From contig JAYTHU010000194.1 in NCBI GenBank assembly GCA_043732305.1, forward strand, positions 1-25,400: 25,400 nucleotides of DNA, read 5' to 3'. Positions 1 to 9,880 of the stretch are shown here, piece by piece. Every line of letters starts with the position of its first letter. Within the stretch, counting starts at the first letter, position 1. The notes beneath the pieces were generated by a model that did no database searches, had not been told where the DNA came from, and was given only the letters and a program-made list of their open reading frames with translations. The DNA is from Oligoflexia bacterium (GTDB lineage Bacteria; Bdellovibrionota; Bdellovibrionia; JABDDW01). The position numbers were made by a program, and so were the translations under genes.

Positions 1-150
1 TGACTTTGCGGAAGCAACTTCTTTCTTGGCAACCACTTTCACAGGAGACACTTTCGCCTTAGCTTTTATTACTACTGTTTTTACCACAGCAGCTTTTACA
101 ACCGTAGGTTTAAGAATCTTCTTAATTTTTTCTTTCTTGTTTTGTGCCAT
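1..150 (-). CDS. 5' end (partial, runs off window) of a Lys/Ala/Val-rich ORF, probably RNA polymerase sigma factor RpoD
   Basis: ATG at 150-148 with AAGGAGA RBS inside the dnaG 3' end; open to the window edge: MAQNKKEKIKKILKPTVVKAAVVKTVVIKAKAKVSPVKVVAKKEVASAKS. RpoD identity inferred only from the conserved rpsU-dnaG-rpoD order. Confidence 0.6.
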   Translation of the reverse strand, partial: MAQNKKEKIKKILKPTVVKAAVVKTVVIKAKAKVSPVKVVAKKEVASAKS

Positions 151-157
151 GAGAAAA

Positions 158-1948
158 TTATCTCCTTTGTGGGCCTTTTTGTTCTTTCGCAATTTCATAA
201 AAATCTTTCAACTTTTTAATTTCAATCTCTGCATTCGAATCTTGGATTTTTAACGAGTTCAAAATTTCTTTCGAACGACGTTTCAAAACTTTTTGATTCA
301 CACGCCTAATACAATCAATGACAAGCTTCTTTTCATCGGCTTCATCACTAGGACGAGCCTCTGCTAAGAAAGAAAGCGAATCGCGAATAATGTCTGATTC
401 TCCAGGAGTGCATTCACTTAATAGTGAAGCCGCTAATTTATCAAAATCACCGGGGTTTTGACAATACCTTTCGACAATCAGATGTGCAAGCCGCCGCGTG
501 TTATCATTTAAAAAACTATCAATCACTCCTGCCTCCTGCACGAGTTCGACATACTCCTTACTCTCTAGCATGAATTGCACCAACAATTTTTCATCCTTAG
601 GAATGTCTGATTTTTCTTCCTTAATCTTAAAATCATTAGTACTTTTGGGCACTTGAGTAGAAGCCCCCTTGAACTGCTGCACTACCCCCCCTGTGTCGAG
701 ATTGAGCCGTTCTGCGACTTCCTGAAGGTAAAGAATTCGCAACTGTTGGTCTCTTACACGATCGATCAAGGGCTTGAGATCAGAGAGAATTTCGACTTTC
801 TCAGTGTTTCTGCCACGATAGTCTTCCAATTTTTGCCCTAGGTAGGCCGAAAAATGGTCTGGTGCCGTTTTGGCAAGAGCTTTGAACTTTTCGACCCCAA
901 ATTTTCTAATGTACTCATCTGGATCTTTGGCATCCGGCAAAATCAACCATCTCGACAGAATTCCATTTTCAGAAAAAAACCCTAAACTGCGATTCGCCGC
1001 TTGGATACCTGCTTTGTCACTGTCAAAGAGCACAATGACTTTTTGACAGAGTTTTAGAATAGCCCGAGCATGCTCCTGAGTAAAAGCGGTTCCAAGGGTT
1101 GCGACTACGTTCTTAATTCCAAATTGGTAGAGGGAAACTAAATCCATGTACCCCTCAACCAAGAAAACTTCTTTTTCTGACCGGATATGTTTGGCTGTCG
1201 CGTGCAATCCATAAAGAGTGCGACTTTTGTTAAACACTGGCGATTCAGGAGAATTTAAATACTTTGGTTCAGAATCATCAATTGATCTTCCACCAAAACC
1301 AAGCACATGACCGGTGGCTGAGATAATCGGGAAAATGAGTCTGTTTCTGAAAATGTCAAAATATTCGCCGTTTTTCTTTTTCTTAATAAGACCAACGCGC
1401 TCTGCTTCTGATAGCGGAGCTTTAGCTCTTGCTAAAACTAGCGAGAGATCACTCCAAGAATCTTCAGCAAAACCGATTTTAAATTCCGCAATCATTTCTG
1501 GGCTAACATCTCTTTTTTTAAGATATTGATGTGCGGCACTCTCAGCTTTCATGGTGAGTTTACGATGAAAATAAGCCCCCACGTATTTATTTATTTTTAG
1601 AAATGTTTTAGTTTCCCGCTCCGTACGATCAGACTCTGGATTGTCTTTGATTTCCGGAAGAGGAATATTTGCGCGTTCAGCGAGTGCTGAAATGGATTCG
1701 GGAAAAGTCAGGCCGGAAAAATCCATCATGAAATTAAAAACATTTCCTGATTTTTGACAACCAAAGCAGTGATAAACTTGCTTGGTATCAGTGACAAAAA
1801 AACTAGGGGTGCGTTCAGCGTGACCGGGAAAAGGACAGAGCCCGCGGTAACTCGCACCGGCTCTTTTCAGTTCAACATGTTGGCCAATGACATCAACGAT
1901 GTCATTGGCTTCACGTACTTTATCAATAAAATCAGCAGGAAACTTCAA
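158..1948 (-). CDS. dnaG: DNA primase
   Basis: Zinc finger CPFPGHAERTPSF...YHCFGC, FRNRLIFPI, GFGGR, PKYLNSPES, TOPRIM VEGYMD and FDSDKAG, KDPDE. Confidence 0.98.
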   Translation of the reverse strand: MKFPADFIDKVREANDIVDVIGQHVELKRAGASYRGLCPFPGHAERTPSFFVTDTKQVYHCFGCQKSGNVFNFMMDFSGLTFPESISALAERANIPLPEIKDNPESDRTERETKTFLKINKYVGAYFHRKLTMKAESAAHQYLKKRDVSPEMIAEFKIGFAEDSWSDLSLVLARAKAPLSEAERVGLIKKKKNGEYFDIFRNRLIFPIISATGHVLGFGGRSIDDSEPKYLNSPESPVFNKSRTLYGLHATAKHIRSEKEVFLVEGYMDLVSLYQFGIKNVVATLGTAFTQEHARAILKLCQKVIVLFDSDKAGIQAANRSLGFFSENGILSRWLILPDAKDPDEYIRKFGVEKFKALAKTAPDHFSAYLGQKLEDYRGRNTEKVEILSDLKPLIDRVRDQQLRILYLQEVAERLNLDTGGVVQQFKGASTQVPKSTNDFKIKEEKSDIPKDEKLLVQFMLESKEYVELVQEAGVIDSFLNDNTRRLAHLIVERYCQNPGDFDKLAASLLSECTPGESDIIRDSLSFLAEARPSDEADEKKLVIDCIRRVNQKVLKRRSKEILNSLKIQDSNAEIEIKKLKDFYEIAKEQKGPQRR

Positions 1949-1978
1949 TGAAACCCTCTGCCAAACTTCTGGCGAGCC

Positions 1979-2461
1979 TTACGCTTGCAATTTAGATTTA
2001 ACTAATTCACTCACGAGCTTGCCGTCAGCCAAACCTTGGGTTTTAACCATAACCGCTTTCATAACCGCTCCCATGTCCTTTGCAGAACTGGCTTTGGTTT
2101 CAGCGATGACTGCTTGCACGATTTCTTCCAACTTTTCTTTAGACATCATCTGAGGAAGATAAGTTTCAATTATTGCCAGCTCTAAAGCTTCTTGATCAAC
2201 CAAATCTTGTCTTCCACCAGCAGTAAACTGCTCAATGGAATCTCTTCTTTGTTTAACTAAAGTTTTTAGAACTGAAATTATTAAATCATCATCTTTTTGT
2301 TCAGCAGATCGCTTGTCTGCTGGATCTGCCGCTTTCACTCTTTCGTCGATTTCTTTATTCTTAACCGCCGATTGAATGCTGCGAATGGTGGTGGTCTTCA
2401 GTTTTTCGCCACTCTTCATAGCGATCTTCAACTCATCCATCATTCTTGCTTTGAGAGCCAT
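1979..2461 (-). CDS. yqeY: GatB/YqeY domain protein
   Basis: LK.AMK, VKQRRDSIEQF..GGRQDL, YLPQ, KDMGAVMK, ADGK motifs; typical position between rpsU and dnaG. Confidence 0.93.
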   Translation of the reverse strand: MALKARMMDELKIAMKSGEKLKTTTIRSIQSAVKNKEIDERVKAADPADKRSAEQKDDDLIISVLKTLVKQRRDSIEQFTAGGRQDLVDQEALELAIIETYLPQMMSKEKLEEIVQAVIAETKASSAKDMGAVMKAVMVKTQGLADGKLVSELVKSKLQA

Positions 2462-2464
2462 GGA

Positions 2465-2662
2465 TCAACCTTCCGACTTGCGCGCTTTTTTGAGACTTCT
2501 CTTGCGAGCTGCAATAGACTTTTTCTTCAAACGAACGCTGGGTTTTTCGTAGTGTTCTCTTTTCTTAACTTCAGAAAGAACACCGCCTTTTTCAATTTGT
2601 TTTTTGAACCGACGAAGAGCTCCTTCGAAGGATTCTCCATCACGTACACGAATACCGGGCAT
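2465..2662 (-). CDS. rpsU: 30S ribosomal protein S21
   Basis: [13 protein letters not shown]...[10 protein letters not shown] signature. Confidence 0.98.
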   Translation of the reverse strand: MPGIRVRDGESFEGALRRFKKQIEKGGVLSEVKKREHYEKPSVRLKKKSIAARKRSLKKARKSEG

Positions 2663-2803
2663 AAAATATCACCAACCTTTCAATTTGAATTACTCAAATA
2701 GGGTAAACTGAAAGAGCAGACCCATAAGAGCAGAATGATAGGTAGCAACGTTGCTGCCTTTTGTCAATTGTGCTTCAATATTCTCACAACCTTGGGGGAA
2801 AAT

Positions 2804-4039
2804 ATGAAAAAAGTTTGGTTTTTTGCCTTACTACTTACTATTGGGCTAAGCACGAGGGCTTCTGAGAAGCTTGACCTCATGCATTTCGACCTCGAAATGA
2901 CCGGCCAAGAGTATCGAAGCCTCTTCAAAATGAAATGGCCGTTTGGGCATCACGTGAATAGCCAACTTAGCCCTGTAATGGATATGGGCACAAGAAATCT
3001 CGATTGGATCACTTTGATCAATAGTCATCGAGACTCGCTTCATCAACTCAGTTTCACCGGGCCGCTGACTCGAAGGTCATATCCCCTCGAAACACCAACG
3101 ACCTACAATCCAGCCATTATTCTTAGTCAGTTTCAAAAAACACTTTCTCTTATGCCTGAGAATATGAAAACAATCCTTTCCGGGCACGGGCCACTCCCCA
3201 CCAGCCTCCCGATCCCAGACAGCATCTTTGTGCTTTTTGGAGGATTGATTGATGATTCTTACCAGGTAGCATCCAGATGGAACCTGATGGAGCCACGATT
3301 GCCTTTTTTGGCGCTCATAAAAAGGCATGACCTCAGAGGATTTTACTTTCTTTCACATGATCCTCAAGTTCGCTTCGAATTAGAAAATTTCGCAAAGCTT
3401 GCTCCCACCACACGCGCTTTATTCCAAGATTATCTGGTGCAAATGTGCGAAAACAACACGGAAGATCCTTGCGCAAAAACTGTGAGCGATGCCATTTTGA
3501 AAAATCAAGCATTCCAGTTTTATCAATCAAAATTACAAGGTTCGCAGAATCTTTGGGATAGTTATTTTAAAATCGCTGCCAAACGCAAAGACGTCACCTG
3601 GAAAGAATCTCCAGAAGAACTTCATGTGCCATTTAAAGATCCGTCGAATACAAGAATTAAAACATTTCTCTCAAGCAATATTCAAGACGAGTGGCATTGG
3701 AAAGATTGGCACTTGTTTTTAGATTTCCAGCAGGGAAGCCATGGCACACCCGAGATCGTTTTCGAAACTGGAGCATCGCCACATGTGAATGCTGTTGGAG
3801 GGAGCACGATAACGATGGATGAAAATGCTCCGCTTTCCGAATTTTTAGTTCAATGGGCCATTCGCCATGAATTCGGTCACGTGCTTGGCTTTCCCGATTG
3901 CTACATAGAATTTTATGATAGAGACAGAGGCGTGATGATGAGCTACCAACTGGACACGTCAAATATCATGTGTAGCCGTAAAGGTCGATTTCAAGAGTGG
4001 CATTACCAAGAGCTAAAAAGAGTGTATGGAAAAAACTAA
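2804..4039 (+). CDS. Secreted zinc metalloprotease (metzincin-like), family unassigned
   Basis: Start set at ATG 2804 (GGGGGA RBS, signal peptide MKKVWFFALLLTIGLSTRA); C-terminal HEFGHVLGFPD (HExxHxxGxxD) and probable Met-turn SNIMC. Confidence 0.8.
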   Translation: MKKVWFFALLLTIGLSTRASEKLDLMHFDLEMTGQEYRSLFKMKWPFGHHVNSQLSPVMDMGTRNLDWITLINSHRDSLHQLSFTGPLTRRSYPLETPTTYNPAIILSQFQKTLSLMPENMKTILSGHGPLPTSLPIPDSIFVLFGGLIDDSYQVASRWNLMEPRLPFLALIKRHDLRGFYFLSHDPQVRFELENFAKLAPTTRALFQDYLVQMCENNTEDPCAKTVSDAILKNQAFQFYQSKLQGSQNLWDSYFKIAAKRKDVTWKESPEELHVPFKDPSNTRIKTFLSSNIQDEWHWKDWHLFLDFQQGSHGTPEIVFETGASPHVNAVGGSTITMDENAPLSEFLVQWAIRHEFGHVLGFPDCYIEFYDRDRGVMMSYQLDTSNIMCSRKGRFQEWHYQELKRVYGKN

Positions 4040-4562
4040 ATTAAATGAAATAGATTACATTTATATGAAAAAATCTTTGGAGCTAGCAGTGTTAGCAGAA
4101 GCCCAAGGCGAAGTTCCAGTAGGCGCCGTTGTTGTTCAGTTCAATGAACTCACAAAAGATTTACTGACCGGTAAATTTTCTGAGACTCCTCTAGCATTTC
4201 CAGTCATCGTCGGTTCGGCTTTTAATTTGCGCGAAAGTAAGAATGACCCCACCGCTCATGCGGAAATCATGGCTTTACAAATGGCGTCTCAAAAATTGGG
4301 ACGATGGCGACTGACTGGATGCACTTTGTATGTGACTCTGGAGCCCTGTCTGATGTGTGCCGGAGCAGTTATTTTATCTCGAGTTGATCGTGTTGTGTAT
4401 GGAGCGAATGATCCGAAGGCGGGTGCCGTTGAATCTCTCTATAAAGTATTAACAGATCTAAAACTTAATCATCGGCCGGAAGTTCGAGGTGGTGTCGATG
4501 CGGAAAGTTCATCTCTTATATTGAAAAACTTTTTTTCTAAAAAAAGAGGACGACTTGCCTAG
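4026..4562 (+). CDS. tadA: tRNA-specific adenosine deaminase
   Basis: GEVPVGAVVV, DPTAHAE, WRL, LYVTLEPCLMCAGA, GANDPKAGA, LNH, FF motifs. Confidence 0.93.
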   Translation: MEKTKLNEIDYIYMKKSLELAVLAEAQGEVPVGAVVVQFNELTKDLLTGKFSETPLAFPVIVGSAFNLRESKNDPTAHAEIMALQMASQKLGRWRLTGCTLYVTLEPCLMCAGAVILSRVDRVVYGANDPKAGAVESLYKVLTDLKLNHRPEVRGGVDAESSSLILKNFFSKKRGRLA

Positions 4563-5384
4563 CTACAGTTTTTTGTGCCTCAAGTATAACTTCGCCTGTT
4601 TAAGAAAAAATACGGTACCACTGAACACGGCCATTACTAATCCCAAGACTCCATCTCTGTAACCTTTTTTTCGAAAATAGGATTTGAGAAACATTGCGAG
4701 TCCGGAAAAAAACATATAGGTCACCGAATGTTTGACTCCATTTTTATAGAGTCGTTCGGCGTCGAGTGTGGTGTAGCGGTTTAACTTATCCATAAGTTCA
4801 GTTAGGTTTTCACGGGGAAAATGCAAGATGGGTTTTTCGACCCGCCGGATGTCCCCTTCGAAAACGGCATACTCGTGAACTTCGCCTACAAATTTGGCTC
4901 CCGCTTTTCTGAAGAATCGCCATTGGTGAGACGGATTGTTTTCTCCATACTTATAAAGCTTCCCACGGAAATGTTCCCACCGCCTGATTTCGAACATATC
5001 AACTCGGTCAGTTTTCTTAGTGATCAGCGGATGCTGGCTTGGAGAATCGGAAGTTTCATTTACCATGCCCTCTGCGCCTAATTCTTGAAATTTCTGCAAC
5101 CATTGGATCAATTCAGGCGAACAAACTTCATCCGCATCGAGAAAAAAAATCCAATTGTTAACAGTTTGAGAAAGTGCAAAGTTTCTTTGTTCCGCAAAGC
5201 CTTTCCAAGGGCGAGAAAAAACTTTGGATGTGAATTGGCGAGCGATTTCTTTTGTTTTATCAATTGATTCAATGTCATCAACCACGACCAATTCATCGGC
5301 CCACGTCAAACTCTGCAAACACTGCCGAATATTATTTTCTTCATCCTTGGTGATCACAAATGCAGAAATTTTAAATTTGGACAT
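4563..5384 (-). CDS. Glycosyltransferase family 2 (WaaE/KdtX-like LPS core glucosyltransferase)
   Basis: ISAFVITKDEE, VVVDD..S.DKT, GFAEQRNFAL, FLDADE, VHE, K.NRYTT, GYRDG; start MSKFKI (5384) preferred over 5423. Confidence 0.9.
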   Translation of the reverse strand: MSKFKISAFVITKDEENNIRQCLQSLTWADELVVVDDIESIDKTKEIARQFTSKVFSRPWKGFAEQRNFALSQTVNNWIFFLDADEVCSPELIQWLQKFQELGAEGMVNETSDSPSQHPLITKKTDRVDMFEIRRWEHFRGKLYKYGENNPSHQWRFFRKAGAKFVGEVHEYAVFEGDIRRVEKPILHFPRENLTELMDKLNRYTTLDAERLYKNGVKHSVTYMFFSGLAMFLKSYFRKKGYRDGVLGLVMAVFSGTVFFLKQAKLYLRHKKL

Positions 5385-6549
5385 AGAGTTCCAGTATTCC
5401 TTTGAATATTTTTTCCTGATCAAAATCCTGTTTCACTCTAGCCTGAGCTTTTGCGCCCATCTCAACCCACCGTGATTTATTTTGTAAAGACCGTTCCATA
5501 GCCTGAAACAAAGACTCAACGGTCCTTGGCTCAAATAACCAGCCGGTCTGACTTTCCACCACCACCTCTGGAGTCCCGCCACTGTCACTGCCGATGACTG
5601 GCAATTCTGCCAATTGAGCATCGAGAAGTGAAAGCGAGAAAGTTTCCTCGTAGCTAGGGAGCATGTAGATATCAAAGGCCTTCAAATATTTGTATGAGTC
5701 TTGAATGACACCTCCAAAAATGATGCGCGATGAAAGCACGGGGCCTAAGGTCTTAATATAATTTTTCAAGGCTTCCGTGTATTTTTCAGCTTCGGAGTTT
5801 TGCGGGCTCGTCCCTCCAATAATCGAGAGATAGACGTCGGGCAGACTGCTTGCCAGGCTATTTTCGCCTCGAAAATATTCTAGCTGGCGGGCAGCGATCT
5901 TCTGCATGGCTCGAATCATTTCACTGATACCTTTTGATTTTTCTATTCGACTCACACAACCGAAAATCACCGCATTGGTAGGAAGATTTAAAAACTTTCG
6001 GGCCGATTCTTTGTCTAAAAACCCAGCTTCTGTTTTGGAAATATTTCTCCCGTAATTAACAATTCGAATTTTTTCAGGAGCTACAGGCAGCATGCGACTC
6101 AGTGAAATCTTGGCAGGTTTACTGCTACACCAAACTTCATCGACCGCACAATAGAATAGGCGATGAAGTGCATCTTTCTTTTTATGATTAACCCACAGAT
6201 GATTCTGCAAAATAATTTTTCCGAGTTTGAATCTCAGAATCTTTGAGAGCAAATTGATTTGAAAAAAACGGAACACTTCTTGGGTTGAATGAAGATGAAT
6301 CACATCAAATTTGGTTTTTCGCAAGAACCTCAAATTCCGAAGTGAAAATTTCAAAGGTTCGGTTACTTTCACTGAATCAAAAAGCAAATAAGGAAGATTT
6401 TTGCTCTGACATTGCCTCTCGAGCTCGGTTCCCGGCGCGACTAAAAACCAAACATTATGCCCCTGAGTTTTTTGACTCAAAGCCATTTCAAAAGCATACT
6501 GTTCAAGTCCCGAGAAACTCTGTGATGGGCATACATGGATGATGTTCAT
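5371..6549 (-). CDS. Glycosyltransferase family 4 (GT-B)
   Basis: SGLE N-terminal motif, SRIEKSKG, PSYEETFSLSLLDA, PVIGSDSGGTPEVV, TGWLF. Confidence 0.9.
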   Translation of the reverse strand: MNIIHVCPSQSFSGLEQYAFEMALSQKTQGHNVWFLVAPGTELERQCQSKNLPYLLFDSVKVTEPLKFSLRNLRFLRKTKFDVIHLHSTQEVFRFFQINLLSKILRFKLGKIILQNHLWVNHKKKDALHRLFYCAVDEVWCSSKPAKISLSRMLPVAPEKIRIVNYGRNISKTEAGFLDKESARKFLNLPTNAVIFGCVSRIEKSKGISEMIRAMQKIAARQLEYFRGENSLASSLPDVYLSIIGGTSPQNSEAEKYTEALKNYIKTLGPVLSSRIIFGGVIQDSYKYLKAFDIYMLPSYEETFSLSLLDAQLAELPVIGSDSGGTPEVVVESQTGWLFEPRTVESLFQAMERSLQNKSRWVEMGAKAQARVKQDFDQEKIFKGILELYVQI

Positions 6550-6671
6550 ATATATAAAATTAGCTCGGCGCGGGTAGCGGCGTCAATCACCTTGACAAGG
6601 GTCACAGTCTGCAATTTAACTAAAATTCTGAATAACGAGAGACGCACCATCACAAGCGAAAGGAATAAGAA

Positions 6672-7547
6672 ATGAAAGGAATTATATTGGCTGGAGGCAG
6701 TGGGACTCGGATGTATCCCCTCACAACCGCTGTGAGCAAACAGCTTCTGCCCATTTATAACAAGCCCACAATTTATTATCCTCTTTCGGTTCTTATGCTT
6801 TCAGGAATCAGAGACATTCTCATTATCAGTACTCCACGGGATCTTCCTCGGATTGAAGAGCTTCTGGGAAATGGCAGTCAATTTGGAATCAAGCTCAGCT
6901 ATAAAGTCCAAGAGAAACCCAATGGCATTGCTCAGGCTTTTATTTTGGGTGAAGAATTTCTTGCGGGCTCCCCCGTCTGCCTGGTTCTTGGAGACAATTT
7001 ATTCTTTGGCCAAGAACTTATTATGCTCTTAGAAAAAGCTTCCCAACTGAAAGATGGCGCCACTGTCTTCGGATATCAAGTGATTGATCCTGAGAATTTT
7101 GGTGTGGTTGAATTTGATAAAAGCGGCAAGGTACTTAATCTTGAAGAAAAACCTCAAAATCCACGTTCAAAATGGGCGGTCACGGGAATTTATTTTTACG
7201 ATTCCAAAGTTTCCGAAATGGCTAAAAACTTAAAACCTTCCCCACGAGGGGAACTTGAGATCACTGATCTCAATAAAGAGTATTTAAAACTTGGTAAACT
7301 TCATGTCGAACTTTTAGGTCGAGGAGTGGCTTGGCTGGACACAGGCTCAGCAGATGCACTTCTCTCGGCCAGCCAGTTTGTGCAAACCATCGAAAAACGA
7401 CAGGGCTTGCAAATCGCATGTTTAGAAGAAATTGCTCTTCGTCGCGGTTACCTCAGCAAGACTGAGCTTCTAAAAATCGCGGAGAATTATCCTTCCAGTG
7501 AATATGGAATGTACATCAAGCGATTGGTGCAATCCGAAAACATTTGA
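6672..7547 (+). CDS. rfbA: Glucose-1-phosphate thymidylyltransferase
   Basis: [64 protein letters not shown]. Confidence 0.97.
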   Translation: MKGIILAGGSGTRMYPLTTAVSKQLLPIYNKPTIYYPLSVLMLSGIRDILIISTPRDLPRIEELLGNGSQFGIKLSYKVQEKPNGIAQAFILGEEFLAGSPVCLVLGDNLFFGQELIMLLEKASQLKDGATVFGYQVIDPENFGVVEFDKSGKVLNLEEKPQNPRSKWAVTGIYFYDSKVSEMAKNLKPSPRGELEITDLNKEYLKLGKLHVELLGRGVAWLDTGSADALLSASQFVQTIEKRQGLQIACLEEIALRRGYLSKTELLKIAENYPSSEYGMYIKRLVQSENI

Positions 7548-7550
7548 AAA

Positions 7551-8177
7551 TTAGTAGAGTGCTCCAAGAATGATGCGAGGGTCAGGGAAATTTTCCATTG
7601 CCGCGTCTAGACCAGCTTCGTTAGCTGTTCCGGGTAAATCACATTTGTCAGGCTGCTGGAGAGAAATTTGAATGTGCAAATGGGGAGGCCATCCACCATT
7701 GTCAAAAGCGTCACCAAGTTTGCAAAGCTCCTCGCCTGCAACAAACTTCTGTCCTAATTTTTTAGTGGTTATCGAACCTTCACTGAGATGTCCCCAGAGG
7801 ACAAAGAATGTGGTTCCGTACATTCTTTGCGATTTTCCGTACCTTTTAATTCCCGCGCGAAAAGTATCAGTGATTTCATGCTTGGTCACAAGAGTAAAGC
7901 CGTAATCTCCGGCTGCAGAATTATAACCCGCAAACAATATTTCTCCGGCATCAAAGGCATGAAAAGGGGTTGCCGTGGGAGCTGAAATATCTACGCCGAG
8001 GTGAATATCGCGCACGCCTTCTTTGTCTTTGAAAAGTTCAGCGGTGTAAGTGCCCGCGCGCTTTTCGCCGTATTTGCCGATACCCCAGACACCTGGGCGC
8101 GATCGAGGATCCGGTCCTTGAGACAAATCAAAAACTAAATAACCTTCGGGAAGATTTACAACAGGTTTGTAACTCAA
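7551..8177 (-). CDS. M23 family peptidase-like protein
   Basis: HLGVD (HxxxD), GDYG, GHL and NGGWPPHLHIQ (HxH); TTG start with AAGGA RBS. Confidence 0.8.
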   Translation of the reverse strand: MSYKPVVNLPEGYLVFDLSQGPDPRSRPGVWGIGKYGEKRAGTYTAELFKDKEGVRDIHLGVDISAPTATPFHAFDAGEILFAGYNSAAGDYGFTLVTKHEITDTFRAGIKRYGKSQRMYGTTFFVLWGHLSEGSITTKKLGQKFVAGEELCKLGDAFDNGGWPPHLHIQISLQQPDKCDLPGTANEAGLDAAMENFPDPRIILGALY

Positions 8178-8184
8178 TTTGTCC

Positions 8185-9387
8185 TTAGCTTAGGCCAGCG
8201 CAGAATGATGTAATTCTAGAGATGGCACTTTCAAGTTTAACAGTGCTCACGGCAAAACTAATTCGCGCGTAACCTTCAGCTCCAAATTCGATTCCAGGAA
8301 CCACGGCCACGCCATGATTTTCCAAAAGTTCGGTGCAGAAGTCTGTTGAGTTATTGATTACTTTTCCGGTCTGGGTGTTCTTAGTGCCAAATGCTTTTTC
8401 AACATTGATCCAAGCGTAAAAAGCCCCTTGGGGTTTGTTGAGGCTAATCGCTGCAATTTTGGAGAGACCTTCATAAATCATATCGCGACGTTTTCGCAAA
8501 TCTTTAGTGGCTTGCTCCACTTGGTCTTGAGGGCCAGTCAGTGCGACTACTCCTGCTTTTTGTGCGAATGAGACCGCGCAGCTCGCGCTCTGACTTTGAT
8601 AGTTCACACAAGCATCGATAACTCTTTTATCTCCAACAAGGGAACCTAAGCGCCAACCTGTCATGCTGTAGGTTTTGCTCAATGAATTAGCAATAAGCAA
8701 TCGCTCTTTGATTTTTTCATTTTGATTTCCAATGTGCGGAGCGATTTTCAAATTTTCATCAAACTGAAGTTTATCGTAGATGTCATCGCTGATAACCCAA
8801 ACAGCTGTGCGCTCAAGCACCGTCGCCAAATCTCTTAATTCTTGTGCGGTGTAAACTTCTCCAGTTGGATTGTTAGGCGAATTGAGAATCAAAACTTTTG
8901 ATTTTGAAGTCAGTGCCCGTTTGAGAATGTCAGGCGTAAGTTTAAAGTTAACTTCTTTGGGACAAGGAGCAATCACCGGCTTAGCATCGGCCATTTCCGC
9001 CATCGCTGGATAGCTCACCCAATAGGGAGCAGGAATGATCACTTCATCGCCAGGATTACACAAAACTTGAAGAGCATTGAAGATGGTCTGTTTAGCGCCC
9101 AGCCCGATCATGCATTCATTTGGCTGATAAGTGAGTCCGGAGTCGATTTTTAGACGATCAACAACTGCTTTTCTGAGATCAGGAATGCCAGCAGAGGGTG
9201 TGTACTTGGTGAAACCTTCATCGAGAGCTTTTTTAGCAGCGTCTTTAATAAAAGAGAAAGTGTCCCAATCAGGTTCACCAACAGCGAGACTGATGACGTC
9301 TTTACCGGTCTTCGCGAGCTCTTGCGCTCGAGCATTCAAGGCAAGGGTGGGAGAAGGTTTTAATTTTTTTGCTCGTTCAGATAACAT
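8185..9387 (-). CDS. aspC: PLP-dependent class I aminotransferase (aspartate aminotransferase-like)
   Basis: GEPD, TKYT, PYWVSY, NSPNNPTG, DDIY, SLSKTYSMTGWRLG, GAFY. Confidence 0.92.
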   Translation of the reverse strand: MLSERAKKLKPSPTLALNARAQELAKTGKDVISLAVGEPDWDTFSFIKDAAKKALDEGFTKYTPSAGIPDLRKAVVDRLKIDSGLTYQPNECMIGLGAKQTIFNALQVLCNPGDEVIIPAPYWVSYPAMAEMADAKPVIAPCPKEVNFKLTPDILKRALTSKSKVLILNSPNNPTGEVYTAQELRDLATVLERTAVWVISDDIYDKLQFDENLKIAPHIGNQNEKIKERLLIANSLSKTYSMTGWRLGSLVGDKRVIDACVNYQSQSASCAVSFAQKAGVVALTGPQDQVEQATKDLRKRRDMIYEGLSKIAAISLNKPQGAFYAWINVEKAFGTKNTQTGKVINNSTDFCTELLENHGVAVVPGIEFGAEGYARISFAVSTVKLESAISRITSFCAGLS

Positions 9388-9880
9388 CTCTGGGTCCTTT
9401 CGACTTCAATTTCTTATTTACTGCTTCAACAACTCCTTCAGGCACTAGCTGAGAAATATCTCCTCTATGGACGGCCACTTCTTTCACAGTATTTGAAGAA
9501 ACGTAATAATACTTTTCACCCGTCATGATGGTGAGTGTTTCAATTTCAGGATAAAGTTTGTGATTCATCGCGGCCATTTGAAATTCATATTCAAAATCAC
9601 CGACAGCTCTCAAGCCTCGAATGATGACCTGAGCTCCAACTCTTTTTGCGTACTCAACTGTCAGACCGTCATGCACATCGACGTTTACATTTTCGAACTT
9701 TGAAAGTGCTTTGATAAGCAGATCTTTTCTTTCTTCGGGAGTAAAAAGGGCGGTCTTGCGCGAACTTGCCGCTACTAAAACCGTGATGGAACCAAAAATT
9801 TTCAATGCCCGTTCAATCACATCCACATGGCCGAGAGTCGGTGGATCAAAACTGCCCGGGTAGACTGCTTTAACTTTCAT
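9377..9880 (-). CDS. coaD: Phosphopantetheine adenylyltransferase
   Basis: YPGSFDPPTLGH, IRGLRAVGDFEYE, SSNTVKEVA; start MKVKAV at 9880, overlapping the rsmD stop. Confidence 0.97.
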   Translation of the reverse strand: MKVKAVYPGSFDPPTLGHVDVIERALKIFGSITVLVAASSRKTALFTPEERKDLLIKALSKFENVNVDVHDGLTVEYAKRVGAQVIIRGLRAVGDFEYEFQMAAMNHKLYPEIETLTIMTGEKYYYVSSNTVKEVAVHRGDISQLVPEGVVEAVNKKLKSKGPRDVI

